Assembly: GCF_004010195.1 (NCBI RefSeq)
Contig: NC_057719.1
Span: 6,904,740 to 6,968,739, forward strand
Direction of reading: 5' to 3'
From: Chiloscyllium plagiosum
Taxonomy: Eukaryota
DNA: 64,000 nt
A program made the translations under genes and the position numbers. Below, in pieces: positions 1-12,191 of this stretch (its first letter is position 1; each line of letters starts with the position of its first letter). Below the pieces are notes generated by a model, which was given only the letters and a program-made list of their open reading frames with translations, ran no database searches and had not been told where the DNA came from.

Positions 1-430
1 TGTTAATTTAGATTTACAAAGAAAAAGAACAGTAAAGTTATACTTAAAAACTATACACTTAGCTGGTTCTATACTGTGAACTCTCCCACACATTCCTCCA
101 AGGTCATCTTTGAATTTAACTGTTTGTTTTCTTAGATGCACTCCGATGTCGAGAGATACTTGACCTCAAACAGCAAAGGTTGTAGCTGTACAGATTCACC
201 GCTGTAGGTTTCTTGTTTTATTCTCTGACCATGTTGTCATTGCCTTTGTCTCTTCCTCCTTTTTAAACTGCCAATGTTTTGACCTATTTCTTAGAAGTTC
301 TAAAACAATGCAACAGATTATAAAACAGTTATTATTACTCCTGGAATTCAAGGAAACTAGCTCCAACCCCTTTTTAAAAAAAGAAGCTCATGCAGCCACA
401 ATTCTTTCCCATCCTCCATCTTGCATTACC
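1..430 (-). mobile_element. CR1-type LINE 5' UTR fragment
   Basis: Positions ~1-180 are reverse-complement similar to 29137-29290 (gatgcactccgatgtcgagagatacttgacctcaaacagcaaa vs tttgctgtttgaattcgtgcatcgctggacatcggagtgcgtc), which leads into a CR1 ORF1 remnant. Confidence 0.55.
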
Positions 431-469
431 CAGGATGCTTTTCTTTGGATTTTCACATATTTGATAGCA

Positions 470-650
470 CTGCGATAACATGTGTTTCTTCAACATGAAT
501 TGGTTTTAATACACTTGAAGAATTTAGACCGTTATTTGTAGAAAGTGAACTTTCCTTATCTGTATTGGCTATAACGCGATACTAGCCCCATTAGTTTACA
601 TAAAGTGGCAATTGTGAGATTTTCTTAGTGAGATGGCACTAGAACGGATC
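470..650. mobile_element. Degenerate Tigger/pogo-like MITE, same family as 62457-62672
   Basis: Shared core ttccttatctgtattggctataacgcgat...gccccattag with 62547-62590. Confidence 0.55.
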
Positions 651-819
651 CTTTTTGATTAAAACATTTGGAATTCATTGCACTTTTGTTAATTTTCAAT
701 TTGCTTTGTAGTCAAAGTTTGTCTCTTTCTGCTGGGATAGTTAAAATCTTTGCAATATTATTATTTGTCCTTTAAGCTAATCAGCCACAGGGGTCATCAC
801 TTTAGTTCAGCCTAAAACC

Positions 820-1800
820 AGTCATAGAGTTATATAACACAGAAACAGACCCTTCGGTCCGACCGGTCCATGCAAACATAATACCAAACTAAACTGGCCC
901 CACCTGCCTGCTCCTGGCCCATATCTCTCCAAAGATGTCCGATCCATGTACTTATCCAAATATCTTCTAAGTATTGTATCTGTGCTCACGTCCACTACAT
1001 ACTCCGGAAGTTTATTCCACAAACTAATCACCCTCTCTGGTAAAACATTTGTCCCAGATGTCTTTTTGCAATCTCTGTCTCCTCTCATCTTTAAAAATGT
1101 GCCTGCTAGTCTTGAAATCCTCCATCCGAGCAGGAAAAAAACATCTACCATTAACCCTATCCATTCTCTTAATGATTTTCTACAACTCTATCAGGTCACC
1201 TCTCAGCCTCCTATACTCCAGTGAGAAATGTCCCAGCCTATCCAGCCATTATCCAGCGTTTCTCTTCTGAACCCTCTCCTGTTTAATAATATCCTTCCTA
1301 TAACTGGGCAACCAGAACTGGGCACAGTTCTCCAATACTCCAGAAGAGCCCTCACCAGTATCCTATGCATCCTCAACATAATGTCCTACCTCCAGTGTTC
1401 TGAGCAATGAAGACAAGTGTGCTAAATGCCTATCTATATTTGACGCAAACTTCAAAGCATTATGTGCCTGCACCCCTCGGGTCCTGTCTTCTGCAACACT
1501 ACCTAGGTTCCTATTATTAATTGTATAAATCCTGCCCATTTGTACCAAAATGCAATACATAGTTCAATCTGGATAAACACAATTTGCCGTATTTCAGCCC
1601 ATTTGATCAAGATCCCTTTGTAATCTTATATAACCATTTTCATTGTCTACTATGCTATCAGTTTGGGTGTCATCTGCAAGCTTACTAGCCATGCCTTCTA
1701 TATTCTCATCCAAGTAATTTATATAAATAAGCAAGAAAAGAGGACCCAGAACTGATTCTTGTGAAACACAACTGATGACGAGCCTTCAGTCCGAATCTGA
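820..1800 (-). mobile_element. CR1/HER1 LINE 3' fragment (RT C-terminus and 3' UTR)
   Basis: ORF remnant ERVISLWNKLPEYVV...RYLDKYMDR; the minus strand gives the degenerate FADDT motif; typical 3' tail (ggaccgaagggtctgtttctgtg...tataactctatgact). Confidence 0.85.
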
Positions 1801-2018
1801 AATCCTGGTTTGTACATATCGAGCGGGGGTATTGGATAGCAATTTGATGAGACTGGTTTTATACTCTGAAGTTTAGAATAGTTAAGGTGATCTAATTGTA
1901 ACGATGTTCTGAGCAGATGTAGTTGGGAAAGAAGTTGTTTCCCTTGGCTAGAGAATGAGAATGGAGGTGAGGGGTGGGGTATTTAGGAGGATTGTGAATC
2001 TTTGGAATTCTCCATCTT

Positions 2019-2619
2019 TGATGATATTATGACTTTGAGGTGTATTTTGTGCTAGTTTTTGTTTTGAAGAGAAGTTTTAAGGCAGAGTTATAGAAATAAA
2101 GTCTATTGAAAGCCAATAAACAGCTTGGAACAATAGGAACAGCCTGAATGGGTATGGTCAAGCTCCCACAGAACCAAGATTTTTGTTAGTTTTCTGTAGC
2201 AGCTGCTGCTGGGGAGTCAGCAGGGTTTGGAAGCTGCAAAACATCTTTCCGTGCTACACACGCACACAGTTTTCTTTTGATGTTTTTAGCTCCTGCTGCT
2301 GGAATTGCATGTGAGGCAATCTGTTTTTCTGAATTTGCCTTTCCTGAGGATGTGTTTGAGGTGTTACTGTTTGAAACAGTTAATTAGTAATGTTATTGTA
2401 TTTATTATTGTGTTAAACATTTCAGTAGAGTTACAGCTAAGCCAATTCTTTTTCTCTTTTGATGTAGTGTATGAGTAAATTGTGTTTTGCTTAACGTTGA
2501 GTAGTTTTGCCAATCAATTCGCATCTGGAGTGCGAAATCTTACACTTGTATTTAACTTAAGAAAATGTTAGGGTCTGGACTACCTTAATATATTTTGGTA
2601 TTTGGTGTAGTCCATAACA
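2019..2619 (+). mobile_element. Putative solo LTR inserted into an old CR1 3' fragment (~1850-2800)
   Basis: About 600 bp, TG...CA ends, terminating in tccataaca like the reverse complement of the 23157-23775 LTR. The CR1 sequence gtgaatctttggaattctc resumes as tatcccacagagctatggat after it. TSD not clear. Confidence 0.55.
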
Positions 2620-4224
2620 TTATCCCACAGAGCTATGGATGACCAATCATTGTTAATATTCAAGGATGTGATTAATAGATTTCTGGACACTGAAAGAATC
2701 TAAGATGTGGCAGGAAAGTGGAGTGGAGACTAAAATGAACCAATGCTTTACTCACTAGCAAAGTGGGCTTCAAGGGCCAAATGGCCTGCTCGTACTCCTA
2801 TTGTTTTTCTATCTGGAGCAAACTCTAGCCACCCTCTTCAAATCTGGAAGGCCAGTGCCAAATTGTTGCCATCAATCTGGCTGAAACAGTTAATTAGGGC
2901 TGCCAAGATGTAACTCAATTGTCTTAATTACTTAACTACTGTGGATGTGCAGGACCATTGAGTTAATTGGTCCAATAATAAACCGTTCCTATTGCAACAT
3001 TCTCTTAGTTTCAGATGTTTTTACCTCCCATATTTTGGAAAACTAGTTCCTATGTAGAGCACTGTATAAAAAGTGCCTAGATATCATCTTGAATTTTTTT
3101 TGTTTCACTAATCCAAATCTGTGCCTCTTGTCCTACACCTGCAATTTTACTGAAAATGTTTCTAACCTTTGACCAGTTTTTAGTTTTTTTAATATATAAG
3201 AATGCCGTAGAGAGCCCAGGGTTCTTGGTTTTTTTGTTCACATTCAGGATCAACATCAGCATTGTTTCCAACGTATGCATGCCTCCCTCCAATATTAACC
3301 ATTAACTAACCTCGCTGGACCAAATCATTTGCAGATATCACATTGGCATTTGTAGAAACTTGTGCACATTCTTCATTACTTCTGTTAAGTTGACTGCAAA
3401 ATCCTTAAATACAACATTTCCCAAAGTAGGGGTTAGGACCCCAAGCGAATTGGGAACTGGATTTTTAAAATTGCAGCAATGGCCACAATGGAACTCTGTT
3501 ATGATAGCCTCTTCACTGCTTTACGATATCTTGAGCTCATGGATAGCTGCTGCATACATTTAATTTATTTTATTGTCATATTTTTTTAAAAAAGCAGATT
3601 CATCCAGATGTTGTCTGATATGGGCATTATACAATATGGTTTAGACATCCATAAATTTATGTTCTAATATTTTGGCAGTGTAGTTAAACCTTTATTGGTT
3701 TTCTAGTTGGGCCAGTCTAGAACCTCACTGTTATCGATTAATTAAGGCAATTATGTATAAATTAAAAATTGAAACTGTAAAAAATAAAATAATAACTAAA
3801 GGTTTGAAATATGGATTTTTTGAATGTAGTTAAATCAAAGTTGCATGCTACTTCAGATAATTTTGCAAATTAATTTTCATTATGGATTGATTTCATCTGC
3901 ACTTTGTGTTGTCTGGTACTTATTAGGTCAGAGTATACAGCTGCAGATTGTGGTCCAGTGTTTGTGTATCTGTGTCCGAGCCAGGCGGCTTGGGTTCAAG
4001 TCCCTCAGCTCCAGAGGTGTATTTTACATCTCTGAACTGGTTAATTTTAATACACCTACTGCAATGGCATTTCACTTCTCCACTCTGAAGCAATCGTATC
4101 ATTCCAAACTCCTCTAATTCAGTCAGGTCACCATTCATAATGCTTAATAGTGAATTGAAACCTCCAGTTTTGTTTCCTTTTTACTTCCCTCACCTCATGC
4201 TGCACAAATCAATAACTTATTGAT

Positions 4225-4545
4225 ATATTTATTCATGGGATATGAGCTTTGCTGAGAAACATTTGTTGTTCATTCCTCATAGCACTTGAATTGAGCAGCC
4301 CGGTCATTTCAAAGGGAAGAACCAACCAAATTTTTGTGTCGCTGGAGTCACATAGGCTGGCTAAGCAAACATGGCAGCTTTCCTTTACTTACGGGTATGA
4401 GTGAATCAGATGGCGTTTTACAACAAAGACCCTTACTGAGGCTAACTTTATATTTCAGATTTATTAATTGAATTTGATCAGTTGCCATGGTGGAATTTGA
4501 ACAGTGTGTTCATCTGGGTCTCTGGATTACAAATCCAGTGCCACA
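4225..4545 (-). mobile_element. Old tRNA-derived SINE, same family as 14300-14590
   Basis: Reverse-complement similarity to 14300-14590, including the cccatgaat tail. Confidence 0.5.
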
Positions 4546-5739
4546 ATGTTTATACATTGTTCCATTCCTTTGCTGTTTATTGGAGCTGGATACAGTGTAG
4601 TTGTGCTGCCACTTCTTAGAATTTGAGTTTTGTATATTGTTATAGCACTCACTGATTTTTTTTTTCATTCTTTATTTCATATATCAATGTTGGTTTGAAA
4701 CTGGGGACAGTGAGCCAAAGGTGACTTTTGGACTTTGGGTAACAACTTCAGTTAAAAAGAAAACAGACCAAAGCTTTTGCTTGCTTGTGAGGCCAGGCTT
4801 GGAAGTTAATTGCAAGTTGGTTCCTGATCAAAATGTGTTCTCAACTGTTTGCTGTTGGAGAAGTGCGTCATGTCTAAACAGATAGAGGAAGTTGGCTATT
4901 AAAAAGGTCAATACTTGGGAATTAGTTCCAGCAAGTCCAGAAAGACCTTTCATGCTCAAGTAAATGGCAGATGTTGAAAGGGACCTTGAGGTGGTTAGAG
5001 TTTGAATTAGGATTTTGAATGTGTGGCTGATGTTGGAGCATGAAGATTTGAAAGCTCTTTACCTAACCTCCCATAAGCAGCTCTTGGAAGTTCAGAGCGG
5101 AGAAAATGAAGACATAACATTACTGTTTTTATGTGGATGAATTGCAAAGGTGACCTTGATTGACATCTTCAGAAAATCAACAAAGAAACCATCATCTTTA
5201 CATGAAAGTTGTTTAAGTAATCTGGCCAGTTTTGCTATTTTATTTATTTAACTATCCCATAACTGTTTTCTGCTCCATTCAAGACAGAAAAACAAAGACT
5301 TTAGGTTTAAAGCACAGACCAGTTAGATTACCTTGTGATTAATTTTGCTGTACTAAAGTTATTGTATTATTTGTAAATTGCTAAGTCTTTGGTTTAAACT
5401 TCAAACTAGTCAAGAACTGATCATCCAAACTCTGGGGTTGGTTATTCATAAGGAAGTGATAGAATCAACTTCGAAGGTCTTTGAGGTTTTACTGTTTGTG
5501 AATACAGAGATAGAATGGCTCATTTTGGTTCAGCTGTCTGTCCCATTTTAGAACAGTATTAATATATAACTAGTGTTAAACTCACTATAGTTTTCGAATT
5601 GATCTTAATTTCAGTTCAGAATTCAAGTTGGTTTTACATCTCGAGCAATGATTGTGACTGTTGTAGTGCATTATTTCAGTTCCTACAGCTCACTGCAAGA
5701 GCTCCACTGAGTTGGCCCTAACTTTCCTTCTATCATTAA

Positions 5740-6060
5740 GTCAGCGGTCGCAATTTTCTCTCCAGATTGTACAATGTTCAGCACCCATATTCAGCATTGT
5801 CCATATGCAGCAACACCTAGGCAACATCCAGGCTTGGCTGCTAAGTGGAAAGCAACATCTTTGCCACACAAGTGTCAGTAAGCTTCGATCTCCTCTTGAC
5901 TTTCAGTGACATTATATCATTGCCTGTTGACCAGAAACTGAACTGGGCTAATTGTTTAAATGCTATAACTGCAAGATCAAGTCAGCCACTAGGAATTCTG
6001 TGTTGGGGTACTCTTCCATTGTCTCCAATGCTTGTCCACCTTCTAAAAGTCACAAGTTAT
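5740..6060 (+). mobile_element. Degenerate CR1/L2-group LINE RT fragment
   Basis: Translates as HMQQHLGNIQAWL..W and VDQKLNWANCLNAITARSSQPLGIL; same family as 33725-34235. Confidence 0.5.
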
Positions 6061-6909
6061 CTGGGGCATGCAGTTCCAGGATACAGCAGCCCACCTTTAT
6101 CCTGGAACTTGCTGTTTGACAGCACTGTTGGTGTGCCTACACACTAAGACTTGCATGATGCTTATCACTGTAACACATACTACATGAGGAGTTATGGTTG
6201 GGTAATGTGTAGACCTAGGCAACAATACCCCACAAATGAACAAAAAAGAGCATTTGAGAAATTGCATCAGTAGTGTCTCTGTGCATCCTCTTGATTCAAT
6301 GAGATGACCAATAGGATAGATGTTAAATTTCTTCTTGAAGCTAGGTGCACAAGCATTTCTATTGAACAGTCCACTTCTGTGGACTGTATTCACATAGCTG
6401 GAAATTGCTCCCCACCCCCTAAAAATTCCTTTGTTCCTGTTTTCTCAACTGTAAAATGGCCAATTGTCTGGGGAGGACCTCGGAACATTTAAAAGTAGTT
6501 CTGGAACGTCTTTAAAACTCAGCATTATAAACTTTAATAACTCCAAATTACTCAATGGTCACAAACTTGAGTCCTATCAACTAGTGATGTGGTTCCAACT
6601 ACTTCATGGAATGTCATTTTATATGTGCCCAGCGATCTCTGGTTGCCCAGCCCCTGGCAGAAATTCACAGCCCTGAGCAAGTGTGCTACTCTAATCACTG
6701 GACACTGATGATTTCAGCACTGAGTGTGCTGGGAGACTGATCTATTAACTGCTTTATCCTCTGCCACACACTCCTCCAAAACAAGGAAAGAAACTGGTGT
6801 CATTGTTGAATGGTTAATGCGATAAAATGCAATTGCAGTTCCTTGTACTGTGACCAAACTATTTAGATAAGCACGCGTTACCACCTTATGGTGACATCTT
6901 AGGTACAAA

Positions 6910-7008
6910 TCACTCCAAAAGCTTGTGATTTTAAATAAACCTGTTGGACTATAACCTGCTGTCATCTGACTTCTGACCTTGTTCAACACTGGCACCTCCA
7001 AGTCATGG
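6910..7008 (+). mobile_element. PLE family-B terminal-repeat (pLTR) arm
   Basis: aaagcttgtgattttaaataaacctgttggactataacctg...cactggcacctcca matches the 3' end of the PLE at 52960-53030. Confidence 0.65.
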
Positions 7009-7904
7009 TCCAAAGAACCATGTTCATCCATATAATAGTTCAAAAAAGTATCAAGAACATGCTTGGGTTGGGCAGCCATGAGTTTGAAGCTCATTAATAC
7101 TCTATTTGCACATTTAGTTAATTTCTCTCCATGTTTGCATTTCACTTTCTGAATTATCTCCTTCGAGCAATTTTATTTTTCCTTGAAAATCTATTAAGAA
7201 TAAGTTAGGAGTTCAAAGATGATTTGATTGCTGCTTACAAAAATAGTTCTGATTTAGTTTTAAGTTCTGATGATAGAAACCCCAAATTTTGTTTCATTGG
7301 GGCAAATGGCAAGCAAGAACACACACAGCGAGAGCACAGAACCAGTCCAGAAGTCACATTGAAAATAAGCAAGCTTCAAGCAACAGTAAATATTCAAACA
7401 ATTTTTCTATATCCCCATCCCTCAAAATCCCTCAATCCAATCCCAAAGAACAAATGGCAAAACATTCTACAATAAAAGCAATTTATTATTTTCAATAAAC
7501 TTGCCAACAAAAAGATGGCACTTGCATAACAAATGAGAATTGTCAGAGAGGCACTAGTTAAATTCTGCACAGAAGAGGATGGTTCCCATACTACTTGAGC
7601 AATAAGAGCAGTCATCTGTGCAGTTTGTCAATAAGTGTGAACTGGACAGCTGATTAATATGATGATACCTGAAGTACCTGTGAAGTAATCTCAAGGAGCT
7701 CTCTTTTCTGGGAGGCTTTGCCTTGTGGTTAGATTTCTCTTCCAGTTGACTGGCTTGGATAGCATCCATGATGGGATAATTTGTGCATCGTCTTTTCCAG
7801 TTCCGTGGCCTGTGTCATTACTGTTTTCAAAAATGTAAACTGTATCAAAATTATAATGACATATTAAGATATCTAAAATATCGTTAATTATTCATTTGGG
7901 TAGT

Positions 7905-8290
7905 CATGGTTTGGAGGTGCCAGTGTTGGACTGGGGTGTACAAAGTTAAAAATTACCACCAGGTAATAGTCCAACAGGTTTATTTGGAAGCATTAGTTTT
8001 CTCTGTGTATTCTTGCTTGCCACTTGCCCCAATGAAACAAAATTTGGGGTTTCTGTCATCAGAACTTTAACCCTATTATTGTAAGCAGTAATCAAATCAT
8101 CTTGGAACTCCTGATGTGTACTTTAGATATTTTTGAGGGAAAATAAAACTGCTCGAAAGGGAATAATTCAGAAAGTGAAATGCAAACATTTGTAACAACC
8201 ACCTGATGAAGGAGCAGTATTCCAAAAGCTAGTGCTTCCAAATAAACCTATTGGACTATAACCTGGTGCTGTGTGATTTTTAACTTAACT
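7905..8290. mobile_element. Pair of inverted PLE family-B pLTR arms enclosing an inverted copy of local DNA
   Basis: Left arm 7905-7999 (ggaggtgccagtgttggac...tagtccaacaggtttatttggaagc) and right arm 8195-8290 (cacctgatgaaggagc...ccaaataaacctattggactataacctgg) are mutually inverted. The interior 8000-8189 is the reverse complement of 7131-7331. Confidence 0.7.
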
Positions 8291-8396
8291 TTATTTGGCA
8301 ACTGTTACACTGTTCCAACTCCAGTATGGCTGACCAACCCAAGCATGTACTTGATACTTTTTGAAGTATTACATGGATGAACATGATTCTTTGGAC

Positions 8397-8630
8397 TATG
8401 ATTTGGAGGTGCCAGTGTTGGACAAGGTCAGCAGTCCGATGACACCACATTATGGTCCAACAGGCTTATTTGGAATCTCAAGCTTTTGGAGTGACTTTTA
8501 TCTAAGATGTCACCATAAGAAGGCAGACATTGTAAAATCTTTTCACTTGACGAAGGGGCAACACTCAAAGCTTGTGATTTCAAAAAAACCTGTTGGCCTA
8601 ACACCTCGTGTTGGCTGACTTCTGTTTTTG
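8397..8630. mobile_element. Second pair of inverted PLE family-B pLTR arms
   Basis: 8397-8493 (ggaggtgccagtgttggac...aagcttttggagtg) and 8544-8630 (cacttgacgaaggggc...aaagcttgtgatttc...cctgttgg). Confidence 0.6.
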
Positions 8631-8789
8631 AACCACAGCAGTCTTGACCATAAAATGAAATTAGAACAGGTTGTGTTCCAACGCTTACCGGAAAATGGTA
8701 AAATACGTAACTTATTCAATTCCCCTTCATGTTTGAGTAAAATATATAAATGTTTATTTATAGAGTGATAGATTTCCTATTCACGAACT

Positions 8790-9205
8790 TATCCAATTGT
8801 CTTTTAAATTTTGAAACTGTACCTGCATCCACCACTTCCTGACAGTTCATTCCATGTATGAACCACCCTCTGTGTGGGAAAACATAGTCACTGAGGTCCC
8901 TTTTTGTAAATCTTTCTCTTCTCACCTGAGAAAAATATGCCCCCTACTTTCAAACTTGCCCCATACGAGGGAAAAGTCCTTGGCTATTCATTTTGTGTAT
9001 GCCCCTAATGACTTTATAAACCTCCTATAAGGTCACCCTTCAACCTCCGGTGCTCAAGTCCTAGCCTATCTTTATAACCCTCCAGTTTCAAAATCCTGGT
9101 AATTGTTTTCTGAGCCCTCTCCAATTTAATAATATCCTTCCTCTATCATGGAGACCAGAACTGCGTACACTACGAAAGTGCCATCACCAACATCCTGTAC
9201 AACCT
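8790..9205 (-). mobile_element. CR1 LINE 3' fragment
   Basis: gtacctgcatccaccacttcc...ggtcacccttcaacctcc...ggagaccagaactgc, homologous to other CR1 copies in the window. Confidence 0.75.
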
Positions 9206-9520
9206 ATTTGGATTTGTTTTCTCTTTGAAGAAGCCAACTTGAAAGGTCAAATGGGTGAACCTTTAACAAAACTCTATTTGGCTCTTACAGAAAATTTTGT
9301 GCTGTACCACAAGGATCTGTTTTGGCTCCACTGCTGTTGGTCATTTTTATAAATGACCTGAATGAGGGCGTAGAAGGATAGGTTAGTAAATTTGCAGATG
9401 ACACTGAGGTTGGTGGAGTTGTGGAGAGTATGGAAGGATGTTGCAGGTTACAGCGAGGCATAGATGAGCTGGCTTGAGAGGTAGCAAATGGAGTTTAATG
9501 AAGAAAAATGTGAGGTGATT

Positions 9521-9541
9521 GAAGAAGGTGCAGAAGCCTGA

Positions 9542-9574
<33 letters not shown>

Positions 9575-9713
9575 CACGTTTTTGTTTTTGCTGCTGTTCA
9601 CCTATTATTTACTATCTATGCTACCTAACTCTGTGATCTGCCTGTATTGCTTCCAAGACAAAGCTTTCCACTGTGTCTCGGTACACGTGACAATATATTC
9701 AATTCAGTTCAAT
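9521..9713 (+). mobile_element. Rex1/Babar LINE 3' end with internal (CA)n and (ATTCA)n tail
   Basis: gaaggtgcagaagcctgaac...ctgcctgtattgct...caagacaaagc...gtgacaat matches 33450-33690 and 46690-46860. Confidence 0.75.
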
Positions 9714-9714
9714 A

Positions 9715-10026
9715 GGGTGGCACGGTGGCTCAGTGGTTAGCACTGCTGCCTCACAGTGCCAGGGACCCAGATTTGATTCCAGCCTTGGGTGACTGTGTAA
9801 ACTGCTCACATTCTCGCCGTATCTGTGTGGGTTTCCTCGGGGTGCTCAGTTTTCCTCCCACAGTCCAAAGATGTGCAGGTCAGGTGAATTGGCCATTCTA
9901 AATTGCCGATAGTGTTAGGTGTATTAGTCAGAGGGAAATTGCTCTGGGTGGGTTACTCTTCGGAGGGTCGGTGTGGATTTGTTGGACCGAAGGGCCTGTT
10001 CCCAAATTGTAGGGAATCTAATCTAA
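9715..10026 (+). mobile_element. HE1-type V-SINE
   Basis: tRNA-like head (ggtggctcagtggttagcac...tttgattcc), V-domain (gggtttcctcggggtgctcagttttcctcccacagtccaaagatgtgc), CR1-like tail ending in (aatct)n. Confidence 0.88.
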
Positions 10027-10959
10027 TTCAATTCACTTTGGAAGGAGCAGCAGGAATACAGAATTCTGGGGTAGTAGTAAGATTCTTGGTAGTGTGGATG
10101 AGCAGAGAGGTCTAGGTGTCCATGTGCACAGATCCCTGAAAATTGCCATGCAGGTTGGTAGTGTTATTAAGAAGGCTATGGTGCGTTAACTTTTATTGGT
10201 GGAGGGATTGCGTTTTCGAGCTATGAGGTCATGTTGCAGCTGTACAAAACTCTGCGGCTGCACTAGGAGTATTGCATACAGTTGTGGTGCCGCATTATAG
10301 GAAGGATGTGGAAGCTTTGGAAAGGGTGCAGAGGAGATTTACCAGGATGTTATCTGGAATGGAGGGAAGGTCGTGTGATAGGCTGAGGGACTTGAGGCTG
10401 TTTTTGTTAGAGAAAGAGGTTGAGAGATGACTTGATAAAGACATACAAGATGATCAGAGGATCATATAGGCTGGACGTTGAGAGCCTTTTTCCTTGAATG
10501 GTGATGGCTAGCATGCAGGGATATAGCTTTAAATTGAAGGGTGATAGATGTCAGAGGTAGGTTCTTTACTCAAAGTAGTAAGCGTGTGGAATGCCCTGAC
10601 TGCAACAGTAGTAGACTTGCCAACTTTAAGGGCATTTAAATGATCATTGGATAAACATATGGATGATAATGGAATAATGTAGGTTAGATGAGCTTCAGAT
10701 TGGTTGCACAGGTCAGTGCAACATAGAGGGCTGAAGGGCCTGTACTGTGCTGTAATGTTCTATATTCTGTATATTGTATTCTATTGCAGAGGGAAGTTAC
10801 AGTTTAAGTTGAATGAAGAACTCTCACTGTATTTTTAGACTGAACCTCTCTCATTGGTTTCTACAATTTTCTCACTGAGAAAATGTAACAAGGAATGTTG
10901 TAGATTTCGTCCATTTTATATCTAATTATTTTTCTAAGAATAGTTGCTGCAATTACATA

Positions 10960-11240
10960 GCCAAATAGGACGCTAAATTTCTAATCATATCCCACAAAAA
11001 GTAATCATATCCCACAAAAAGTAAAAGCACCTGTTTTGCTGCTGTTGGCTGAGGAATAAGTGATAGCTAGCATGCTGCAAGAGTGCCCTGCTCCTCTTTG
11101 GATTATGCTGTGGAAACTTTGTAGCCAACCGAGCAACTTATTGCTATCTCAGTCAGATGATTTTCAAAGCAGAGTTGTCAATCTAGGTTTGCTTGGGCAG
11201 AACCTGTAGCTTACAGGGAACACATGCTATCTATTGAGCC
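10960..11240 (-). mobile_element. Ancient DeuSINE-like remnant containing a 20-bp tandem duplication
   Basis: ctgttttgctgctgttggctgaggaataa...ccctgctcctctttggattatgctgtggaa resembles the reverse complement of the Deu domain. taatcatatcccacaaaaag occurs twice at 10982-11021. Confidence 0.45.
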
Positions 11241-12030
11241 TCAAAAGCAATAAGTAGGAAATCTGATACAAAGTGAGTTGGAAAGATTCGAATATTAGAA
11301 GCTGAAGCAGGAACCGAAGATACAATAGTGTAAAAAATGCAGATAGGATGAGAGGCTTGCTAGGAGATCAAGACGAGGGGAGATGTGATGGAAACTAGCA
11401 GTTGAAGGGTGCTAATATTTCAATGATTTTTGTTAGTAAAGAGAACACTGATGATTCAGTATTACACTCCTATGTATCTGTTGTTGAAACCCACAATACG
11501 CAGGACAATTTAAAAAATATGTGCAAACTGCTTGAACTGGTTGTTTGAAAGTTTGAATAAAAAAGGCATTATCGCGCAGAAAAAAATACAGTAACATAAT
11601 TGAGTTAGAGTTTTTTTAGTCCTTGAGATGCAAGAAAGGAAGCTTTATAATTTCACCTTGCCAGTGAGTTTGAAGGTTCAAAATTAGCATCAAAAAGTGC
11701 ATCAAAGCTACATTATGACTTAGAGAAATGCAAAAGTATTGAAACAACAAAAATCAGTCCAACTGACACTGGTTTGTGTAAAATGTCCAGGTAGCTGTAA
11801 ATGGCTGTGAGACACCAGTTCACAGCCCAGTGAATTCGGACACTCCACCTGACAGGAAAAAGTTACTCGGAAGATTAATTCAGTCAGGGTTGTATCCTGG
11901 CTTAATTTCTCTTGCTCACCAACTTAACTCATTCCAATGCACTATATTTCTCAATTCCTAATTTGGAACTTTCAGTTCCCCATAGACAATGGAATGGCAA
12001 TTAATGAAACACTGGCTCTGTTTTTCTCTT

Positions 12031-12191
12031 CGGAGAAAGTGAGGACTGCAGATGCTGGAGATCAAAGAGTGTGTGGTGCTGGAAAAGCACAGCAGGTCGA
12101 GCAGGAGAATCGACGTTTCGGGCATTAGCCCTTCATCCTGCTTCTCGGATACTGCCTGACCTGCTGTGCTTTTCCAGCACCATGCTCTCGA
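12031..12191. mobile_element. Fold-back PLE family-A short element with 15-bp TSD
   Basis: Inverted arms gtgctggaaaagcacagcaggtc / gacctgctgtgcttttccagcac. TSD ctctgtttttctctt at 12016-12030 and 12192-12206. Confidence 0.8.

Larger units (their letters stand above)
9290..10770 (+). mobile_element. CR1 LINE 3' part, interrupted by a Rex1 tail and an HE1 SINE
   Basis: VPQGSVLAPLLLVIFINDLNEGVEG*VSKFADDT. The CR1 sequence gaggtgatt|cactttggaagg is split at ~9520/10034. Ends in a tgtaatgttctatattct tail. Confidence 0.85.

Noticed and set aside
6714..8618. Paralogous ORFs 6714-7145 (-) and 8361-8618 (+) as duplicated genes
   Set aside because: The similarity comes from the inverted DNA duplication, which includes a PLE arm; there is no coding signature.
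9715..9790. tRNA-like sequences here and at 19569, 22433, 3945-4050 and 43600-43710
   Set aside because: These are SINE heads with A/B boxes and no complete cloverleaf, not tRNA genes.
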